NCBI GenBank assembly: GCA_008932965.1
Contig: WBXG01000003.1
Coordinates: 19,193-51,192 of the forward strand
DNA from: Verrucomicrobiota bacterium
GTDB lineage: Bacteria > Verrucomicrobiota > Verrucomicrobiia > Chthoniobacterales > UBA6821
Length of the DNA stretch: 32,000 nucleotides
Direction: 5' to 3'
Positions within the stretch are counted from its first letter, which is position 1. The number at the start of each line of letters is the position of its first letter. A program made the position numbers and the translations under genes. Below are positions 26,002 through 32,000 of the stretch, in pieces. A model generated the notes under the pieces. The model was not told where the DNA came from and did not search any database. It worked only from the letters and a program-made list of their open reading frames with translations.

Positions 26002-27618
26002 TTATCGACGATAGCGTGCAATAAATGCTGTTACTAAAATAGCTACTTCCAAACCAGTAAAACCAAGCACTATAGGAAATCCTCCAGCCCCAAAACCGTA
26101 GCTGTGCAATCCTGCTCCCAAAACAAAGTTGACTCCGTACCATGCCATCAAAACGCTTAGAAAAGCCACGACAGAGCCGATAGCTAGACCAAAACCGCCC
26201 CATCGACCCGCAAGACGACCATGAAGTAAGAATAAATATCCAAGCAACGCGATGAGAGCCCACGTTTCTTTAGGATCCCAATCCCAAAAACGTCCCCATG
26301 AATAATTTGCCCAGACACCTCCTAAAATTGTACCAGTAGCAAGGAGCAAGATGCCGACTTGAAGTGTTCGGTAGAGATAGTTGTAAAGTGATGCTGCTAC
26401 TTTTTTATTTAAAATAATTCGAATCAAGGCTACATGGGCCACACCGAGTGATAGCGCAAAAGCAGCATAACTTAAGGTGATCGTGAGCACATGAATAGTT
26501 AACCAAAAATTATCTCGCAACACAGGAGTCAGAGGATGAATCGAGGGATCTAAAATCAGTGGTTGGCTATCGGCAAGAATCAACGATGCAAGGGCCACAG
26601 GAATAGCACCCAAAAGGAACACACCGGAGTGGTAGATTACTTCAAAGAGGAGAGCAAAAAAGACAGTTCCAAAAGCAACCCAAATTATTGATTCGTACAT
26701 GTTGGTTACTGGCGGACGTCCTGCTACAAGAACACGAAAGAGAAGTCCCATACATTGAATGAAGAATCCAGTCCCAGCAAAAAACCAACCCAGGCGGTAG
26801 AGGAGTAATTTTTTTCGAAAAAATAAAATAAGAACTCCAGAGAGTGAATACAAAATCCATGCAGCTTTGAAAGGATGTGTTTTTTGAAGTAGAACCTCTA
26901 GCTGCAGCTTCCAAGAGGGAACAGAGCTTGCTACCTGAAATAGGGCAAGGGCTTCTCGCAGTTGCAAAACTCCTTGATCAAAAATCATAGGATCAGCATT
27001 TTTCCATCCCTGCTCCATTAAATGAAATCCATTTTGAGCCATTGCAACATTGCTGGAGGTATCACTCTCTTCCCATTGAGATAGAGTCCCCCAACGTGCA
27101 ACATCGTTTTGACTATTAGGAACAATACGAAAAAGAGAGCCATTGCTCAGTTCTTCAAAAAGGGACAACCGCATTCCAATATCGGCAGCTTCCTTGAGAA
27201 CACCTTGAAGGCGCTTACGAGGATCACTCTTTCGTTCCTCAACGGCCTGAGCAATCATCTCCTGCAGCCCAGCATGATGAATTAACTTTTCATAACTAAA
27301 AAGAGATTGCTGTAATGGCAGTTCCAATATTTTTTTGAGTGGTGCGTAGGAAATATAAATAAGAGGTATCTGATTATATTTTTTTTCAGGTTCCATCCAA
27401 AAAGCAGTAATGATTTCTGAAGCCCCTTTTTTTCTACCTTCTACGACCAGTGCCGTTTTTCCAGATAAAAACCGAAGTGTTTCCTCAGCAAATACAAAGT
27501 AGGGTTTGCGACGACCACTTTCTTGCACAGGAAGTGTTTCAAGAGAGTTCGGAAGGGTTGTTAACGTGGCATGTACTAAAGAACTGCCTAGTAAAAAAAA
27601 GAGAAGAAAGCGATGCAT
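26002..27618 (-). CDS. ccsA: Cytochrome c biogenesis protein CcsA (System II) with a large N-terminal soluble extension
   Basis: Trp-rich heme-handling motif WANYSWGRFWDWDPKETWALI plus downstream conserved His-containing helices. Signal-like N-terminus MHRFLLFFLLGSSLVHA from the ATG at 27618. The longest ORF uses the GTG at 27636. Confidence 0.85.
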   Translation of the reverse strand: MHRFLLFFLLGSSLVHATLTTLPNSLETLPVQESGRRKPYFVFAEETLRFLSGKTALVVEGRKKGASEIITAFWMEPEKKYNQIPLIYISYAPLKKILELPLQQSLFSYEKLIHHAGLQEMIAQAVEERKSDPRKRLQGVLKEAADIGMRLSLFEELSNGSLFRIVPNSQNDVARWGTLSQWEESDTSSNVAMAQNGFHLMEQGWKNADPMIFDQGVLQLREALALFQVASSVPSWKLQLEVLLQKTHPFKAAWILYSLSGVLILFFRKKLLLYRLGWFFAGTGFFIQCMGLLFRVLVAGRPPVTNMYESIIWVAFGTVFFALLFEVIYHSGVFLLGAIPVALASLILADSQPLILDPSIHPLTPVLRDNFWLTIHVLTITLSYAAFALSLGVAHVALIRIILNKKVAASLYNYLYRTLQVGILLLATGTILGGVWANYSWGRFWDWDPKETWALIALLGYLFLLHGRLAGRWGGFGLAIGSVVAFLSVLMAWYGVNFVLGAGLHSYGFGAGGFPIVLGFTGLEVAILVTAFIARYRR

Positions 27619-27663
27619 GTGATGGGAGTATTTCACAAACCTTCCTTTTTAAAAAAGTCTTTT

Positions 27664-27828
27664 TACATATTTCGCCCACTTCAAGCAAAACTTTACTGCA
27701 AGACGCTCCAAGGATTGTGATGCCAGGCTGTATGAGTCCCTACCAACAAAATCACAATTCGAGACTAATGCAGTAATGATGAGCTTTCCACAAGCCATAA
27801 TAAATTTAGTATGAAATAGGCGGGTTAA
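27664..27828 (+). mobile_element. MITE-like repeat, copy G (left arm degenerate)
   Basis: 27710-27828 aligns closely with 23739-23857 (copy F), including the stem GGATTGTGAT 27712-27721 / ATCACAATTC 27751-27760 and the terminus GTATGAAATAGGCGGGTTAA. Upstream only a weak CATATTTC remnant (27666-27673) marks the left end. Confidence 0.8.
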
Positions 27829-27883
27829 CTCGTTTTTTAAACTACTGGCTTGATTAAAAATCTGTTACAGTGATCCCCTCACT

Positions 27884-28705
27884 ATGAACACTTTCTCTCC
27901 TGTCCATTTTTTCACTCAAAAACCATGGGTTAAAAAAACGTTTTTTTCTCCTTTTTTTCTCTACCTAGGACAAGTGGGACTCTTAGCACTAGAATCGTTT
28001 CATGCTATTTTCACTGGACGAATCCGACCTTTTTTAGTCGTGAAGCAATTAGTTGAGATCGGTTATGGATCCCAATTTGTCGTTATTGTTACAGGAGCAT
28101 TTACAGGGGCTGTATTTACTGCACAAATTTTCTACCAATTTTCAACATTAAGCATGAGTTCTGCTGTTGGACCTGTTGTTTGTGTCGCTCTTTTTCGAGA
28201 ACTAGGACCAGTACTTACGGGTCTGATGGTTGCTGGTCGTGTTGGCGCAGCCATGAGTGCTGAGATTGGAACAATGAAAGTCACCCAGCAGCTTGATGCC
28301 TTGCGCGCTCTTGCTGTTCATCCGATCGATTATTTGGTGGTCCCTCGTGTTGTGGCTATGCTCATTTCAATGCCACTCTTAGTTACTGAGTGTGTCTTCT
28401 TTGGTATTTTTTCCTCTTACTTCGTAGCAACAAGTCTTCTAGGAATTCCAAGCATCTATTTTTTACAAAACATCAAACGTTTCATCGATGGTCATAATCT
28501 TGTCATGTCACTTGCCAAGGGGTTTGTTTTTGCACTGATCATCGTCTTCATTAGTTGTCAGCAAGGTCTTACTACACGTGAAGGAGCTGTTGGGGTCGGC
28601 AAGGCAACAACACAAGCAGTAGTCATTTGCTCACTTTGCATCCTCATTGGTAATTTCTTTCTTACCATGGCTCTTAATATGTTTTTTCCTGCTGGATTAC
28701 GCTAA
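27884..28705 (+). CDS. mlaE: MlaE-family ABC transporter permease
   Basis: 273-aa polytopic ORF. The FRELGPVLTGLMVAGRVGAAMSAEIGTMKVTQQLDAL motif is characteristic of MlaE/YrbE/TGD1 permeases. Confidence 0.88.
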   Translation: MNTFSPVHFFTQKPWVKKTFFSPFFLYLGQVGLLALESFHAIFTGRIRPFLVVKQLVEIGYGSQFVVIVTGAFTGAVFTAQIFYQFSTLSMSSAVGPVVCVALFRELGPVLTGLMVAGRVGAAMSAEIGTMKVTQQLDALRALAVHPIDYLVVPRVVAMLISMPLLVTECVFFGIFSSYFVATSLLGIPSIYFLQNIKRFIDGHNLVMSLAKGFVFALIIVFISCQQGLTTREGAVGVGKATTQAVVICSLCILIGNFFLTMALNMFFPAGLR

Positions 28706-28718
28706 ACTCACCTCTTTT

Positions 28719-29486
28719 ATGAGCCCCTCTTCCCTATCCGTGCCCCCTATTATTGAAGTGCAGCATCTCCGGCAGCGCTTTGGCACTCAAGAAATTTTGC
28801 ATGGCATTTCCCTTTCAGTACAACGAGGTGAGACCTTAGTTCTTCTAGGTCGCAGCGGAGGAGGTAAAAGTGTTTTTTTAAGACATCTTATCGGTCTGAT
28901 TCGGCCTGCTTCTGGAAAAGTATTTATTGATGGTCAAGATATCTCCTTTCTTACGGAACGTCAGTTGGAGCCAGTTCGAAGAAAGATCGGGATGCTTTTT
29001 CAAGATGGAGCTCTCTTTGACTCCATGAATGTGTTTGAAAATGTCGCTTTTCCTTTGCGAGAACATGGAGAACGCAACGAACAGATTATTCAAGAAAAGG
29101 TCGCTCACGCCCTGGAGCTTGTTTGCCTTACCGGGCATGATCAAAAAATGCCGGTGAATCTTAGTGGAGGAATGCGCAAGAGAACAGCTCTAGCGCGCGC
29201 TGTGATCTCCCATCCAGCATGTATCCTCTACGATGAGCCAACAGCAGGACTCGATCCAATTGTTTCCGATACTATTAATCAACTTATCCGACGCCTACAA
29301 AAACAGCTCCAAGTGACTTCGGTTGTTGTCACCCATGATATGACGAGCGCCAATCATATCGCTGACCGTATTGCTTTAATGCACGAGGGAACGATTCATT
29401 TTTTTGGTACCCTTCAAGAATTCCATGCCTCTCATGACCCCCTTTTACTTGATTTCATTCATGGGCGCTCTCATGAAATCGATTAA
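28719..29486 (+). CDS. mlaF: MlaF-type ABC transporter ATP-binding protein
   Basis: Walker A GRSGGGKS, signature LSGGMRKR and Walker B ILYDEPTAGLD. The start is placed at the ATG at 28719, 14 nt after the mlaE stop. The longer ORF from 28647 overlaps mlaE. Confidence 0.9.
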   Translation: MSPSSLSVPPIIEVQHLRQRFGTQEILHGISLSVQRGETLVLLGRSGGGKSVFLRHLIGLIRPASGKVFIDGQDISFLTERQLEPVRRKIGMLFQDGALFDSMNVFENVAFPLREHGERNEQIIQEKVAHALELVCLTGHDQKMPVNLSGGMRKRTALARAVISHPACILYDEPTAGLDPIVSDTINQLIRRLQKQLQVTSVVVTHDMTSANHIADRIALMHEGTIHFFGTLQEFHASHDPLLLDFIHGRSHEID

Positions 29487-29538
29487 AAAATAGATTAGCA
29501 TCGCCCACCATTACTCTATGCATTAACATTTTAAATTT

Positions 29539-30285
29539 ATGGACTCCTCTAAAACTTCTACCCAAATTCGAGCTGGTATTTTTCTCTTTATAGGAATTGC
29601 CAGCATTTGCTCCCTCGTTCTGTACTTTGGCCGCTTTAGTGAATGGTCAGAAAATTATTATCCCATCACAGTAGAATACACGAATGCAAATGGCCTCCTC
29701 AAAGGTGCTGAAGTATTACTTGCTGGTGCTCATATTGGTAATGTGGCTATCGCACCGGAGGTTCTACCCAACATGCTTGGGGTCTCAGTTGGCTTGCGGA
29801 TTGATGCCAAGGTAAAAATTCCCAAAGAGAGTATCATCTCCATTGGAAGTTCAGGTCTTCTTGGAGATCGCTATGTTACAGTAACCATTCAAGAAGGAGC
29901 TAGCATGAATGACTGCATTGCACCAGGCGCTGTGATTCAAGGTCATCGAGAATCCAATATTGCCGATCTTCAACAACAAATAGGAGAAATCGTTCCAAAA
30001 ATAGATCGTGTTGTTAGCAACATCAGCTCCATTACGGATCATTTGAATAAAGATATTTTAAATAAAAAAGGAGTTGCTGAAATAGAAGAATCCCTCACCA
30101 ATATTCATGATGCCACAGCACAAATAGATAGCCTCTTGCATCAAACAGCAACGTTTCTTAACAAAGGAAATCAAGCAATGGATTCTGCTAAAGGAGCAGC
30201 TGATGACATGAAGGCTTTTTTAAATAATCTCCGCCGTCATGGAATTATTTTTTACCGTGATACAGCACAACAGGGTATGCCCTAA
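29539..30285 (+). CDS. mlaD: MlaD/MCE-domain protein
   Basis: 248-aa ORF with an N-terminal TM anchor, an MCE-like beta domain (GLLKGAEVLLAGAHIGNV) and a helical C-terminus. Position follows mlaEF. Confidence 0.8.
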   Translation: MDSSKTSTQIRAGIFLFIGIASICSLVLYFGRFSEWSENYYPITVEYTNANGLLKGAEVLLAGAHIGNVAIAPEVLPNMLGVSVGLRIDAKVKIPKESIISIGSSGLLGDRYVTVTIQEGASMNDCIAPGAVIQGHRESNIADLQQQIGEIVPKIDRVVSNISSITDHLNKDILNKKGVAEIEESLTNIHDATAQIDSLLHQTATFLNKGNQAMDSAKGAADDMKAFLNNLRRHGIIFYRDTAQQGMP

Positions 30286-30296
30286 AAAATGATTTC

Positions 30297-30881
30297 TTGA
30301 AACACGAAGTATCATTATCAATTTTAAAAATAACTATTACTCTTTTCATGATTCCTCACACATTGCTACTACTTTTATTATTAGAAATAGCGACTGTATC
30401 ACTCAGCGCAGCTGAGACAGCAACCTCAGCTATTCAGGCGCTCAGTGATTCAGGCCGACCTAACATGATGTCTGCAGTAGTAGAGATCAGGGGGGCTCAT
30501 GGAGAGCCACAACCCGAGGAATGGGTCATCATTTGCAATGATCCTACGGCACAAGGAGGAATCCGTGAATTAACGATCAAAGATCATCATATTATTTCCG
30601 AGCGAACACCTCTTTGTAGTTTTGAGGGTCAAGGGTCTTTACCGCAGCTTGACACTACTCGTATTACCATGGATTCCGGAACGATTTTTAAGGCTGCTAA
30701 TACCGAGGCAAAAAATCATCGTATTGGATTTGACGCTCTTACCTACACCATAAGAACGGACGCACTTACGGGCAAACCTCTTTGGATTGTACAACTTTAT
30801 AAAGCCGAGAAAAATGATGAACGGCTTGTTGGAACATTACAATTCTCTCCAGAAACGGGAGCTCTTATTAAGGGACTCTAA
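30297..30881 (+). CDS. Secreted hypothetical protein
   Basis: 194-aa ORF (TTG start at 30297, alternative ATG at 30348) with a hydrophobic N-terminus (LLLLLLLEIATVSLSA). No motif recognised. Its TAA stop lies in repeat copy H. Confidence 0.5.
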   Translation: MKHEVSLSILKITITLFMIPHTLLLLLLLEIATVSLSAAETATSAIQALSDSGRPNMMSAVVEIRGAHGEPQPEEWVIICNDPTAQGGIRELTIKDHHIISERTPLCSFEGQGSLPQLDTTRITMDSGTIFKAANTEAKNHRIGFDALTYTIRTDALTGKPLWIVQLYKAEKNDERLVGTLQFSPETGALIKGL

Positions 30882-30941
30882 TGCAGCATCCATCTAGCTT
30901 CCCGGCTTACGAGGGTGATCGGGATGAAATATCCGGGTTAA
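30878..30941 (+). repeat. Partial repeat-family copy H (right arm)
   Basis: CTAATGCAGCATCCATCTAGCTTCCCGGCTTACGAGGGTGATCGGGATGAAATATCCGGGTTAA aligns with 17037-17091 and with 31977-32000. Confidence 0.8.
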
Positions 30942-31837
30942 CTCTTGTCATCCTTGCTGCGGGAATGGGAAGTCGATATGGAAAATTGAAGCAACTTGAC
31001 CCTGTGGGACCAGATGGTGAAGCGCTCCTTGATTACTCCATTCATGATGCTGTACAAGCTGGTTTTGGAGAAATCGTTTTCGTAATTAGAAAAGAAATTG
31101 CACACCTCTTCGAGGACCATATTGCGAGTCGCTACGCAAAACAGTATCCAGGAATTACGATTCGTTTTGCTTTCCAAGAACTCAAGGATCTTCCAAAACC
31201 ATTTTCACTTTCTAGAATGCGCTCGAAACCTTGGGGTACGGGCCATGCTCTTCTTGCGGTGCGTCATTTGGTGACCTCAGCTTTTGTGGTTATTAATGCT
31301 GATGATTATTACGGCCCATCAGGTTATCTCCTCTTAAAAGATTTCTTATTACAACTCTCTCTCTCTATTTCAAATGGTGAACAGGATCAAAATAGGTATG
31401 CCATGGTTGCTTACTTGCTAAAAAACACGCTCAGCGAGCACGGTAAAGTCTCTCGAGGAGTTTGTAGGGCCACACAAGATTATTTCATGATTGATATTAC
31501 CGAACAGACCTCGATTCATAAAACAGCTGAAGGAATCGTCTCTGATAACAAAGAGGGTTCTAGCATCATGCTCACGGGTGAAGAATGGGTCTCGCTTAAT
31601 TTTTGGGGATTTACTCCAGCTATTTTTTCATTTTTGGAGAAGGAATTTACTGATTTTTTAACCTTCCATTTAGATGATCCAAAAGCGGAGTTTTATCTCC
31701 CTTCAGTTGTGAACAAAATGATTCATGAAAAAAGTGCTTCCGTAAAACTCCTTCCATCACAAGACCCGTGGTTTGGCCTTACGCATCCTTCGGATTTAGT
31801 GCATGTCAAGAATGCTCTCCTATCTCTGAGAAATTGA
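30881..31837 (+). CDS. Sugar-phosphate nucleotidyltransferase family protein
   Basis: 318-aa ORF with the N-terminal LVILAAGMGSRYGKLKQL glycine-rich NTP-binding motif. The first ~20 codons are repeat-derived. Confidence 0.75.
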   Translation: MQHPSSFPAYEGDRDEISGLTLVILAAGMGSRYGKLKQLDPVGPDGEALLDYSIHDAVQAGFGEIVFVIRKEIAHLFEDHIASRYAKQYPGITIRFAFQELKDLPKPFSLSRMRSKPWGTGHALLAVRHLVTSAFVVINADDYYGPSGYLLLKDFLLQLSLSISNGEQDQNRYAMVAYLLKNTLSEHGKVSRGVCRATQDYFMIDITEQTSIHKTAEGIVSDNKEGSSIMLTGEEWVSLNFWGFTPAIFSFLEKEFTDFLTFHLDDPKAEFYLPSVVNKMIHEKSASVKLLPSQDPWFGLTHPSDLVHVKNALLSLRN

Positions 31838-31855
31838 TCCGAAGAGATATGCGGG

Positions 31856-32000
31856 CTAGCCCGGATGTTTCATACTAATCGTGACGAGGAGGCCGCGAAG
31901 GCTGATGGGGTAAGGCAGGCGAGTATTTTGATGCAGGGCTGTATGTGTACATACTGCCCAAATCAAAATGGGAGTCTAACGCAGCATCCATCTGACTTCC
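31856..32000 (+). mobile_element. MITE-like repeat, copy I (cut by window end)
   Basis: Left end CTAGCCCGGATGTTTCATACTAATCGTGACGAGGAGGCCGCGAAGGCTGATGG resembles copy F. Central stem ATTTTGAT 31925-31932 / ATCAAAAT 31962-31969. The right arm begins CTAACGCAGCATCCATCTGACTTCC, as in copies C and H. Confidence 0.85.

Noticed and set aside
27450-27776. 108-aa ORF on the plus strand
   Set aside because: It is antisense to the ccsA 5' end and continues into repeat copy G, with no coding signature. It is a repeat and antisense artefact.
6505-32000. Possibility that the recurring repeats form a CRISPR array
   Set aside because: The copies are 115-255 bp long, kilobases apart, separated by ordinary genes and internally palindromic. 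There is no regular repeat-spacer periodicity and there are no cas genes.

Overview
This is a 32-kb chromosomal window from a diderm bacterium, judged from a TolC-type outer-membrane factor, an Mla system and lipoprotein-type signal peptides. GC looks low-to-mid 40s by eye and was not computed. The taxon cannot be determined from this sequence. The coding content is mostly housekeeping and densely packed:
- gcvT.
- A heme operon on the minus strand (HemX-like CcsA-family protein, hemA, hemC, cobA-hemD fusion) with two ATGA overlaps.
- Two lipoprotein-type GH1 glycosidase paralogs flanking a secreted hypothetical protein.
- rpmI, rplT, pheS and pheT.
- A TolC-like gene divergent from an AaeX/AaeA/FUSC-like efflux operon that ends in a translationally coupled, N-terminally short GspF/PilC-like gene.
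- A NUDIX-like gene, mutL, a HesB/IscA-type Fe-S carrier and a 547-aa membrane-anchored protein rich in Pro/Thr/Ser.
- A System II cytochrome c biogenesis CcsA protein.
- mlaE, mlaF and mlaD, followed by a secreted hypothetical protein and a sugar-phosphate nucleotidyltransferase.
I found no rRNA, tRNA, CRISPR array, transposase or obvious prophage or defence island.
The main result is non-coding. A family of miniature repeats with terminal inverted repeats occupies most of the longer intergenic spacers, and I do not recognise it as any named family. The elements are visibly GC-rich and about 115-255 bp long. There are at least 9 copies plus fragments. Their ends read YTAR-CCCGNATATTTCATAC ... 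GTATGAAATANNCGGG-YTAR, with about 50-nt imperfect inverted arms. Most copies carry an asymmetric central stem-loop, and stem changes between copies are compensatory. Every copy that retains the core has it on the + strand. Several copies touch gene boundaries:
- The pheS stop codon lies in an element terminus.
- One copy sits inside the pheS-pheT spacer.
- One partial copy supplies both the stop of one ORF and the only usable start of the next.
- The start of the TolC-like gene is repeat-derived.
- A truncated copy abuts the mutL stop.
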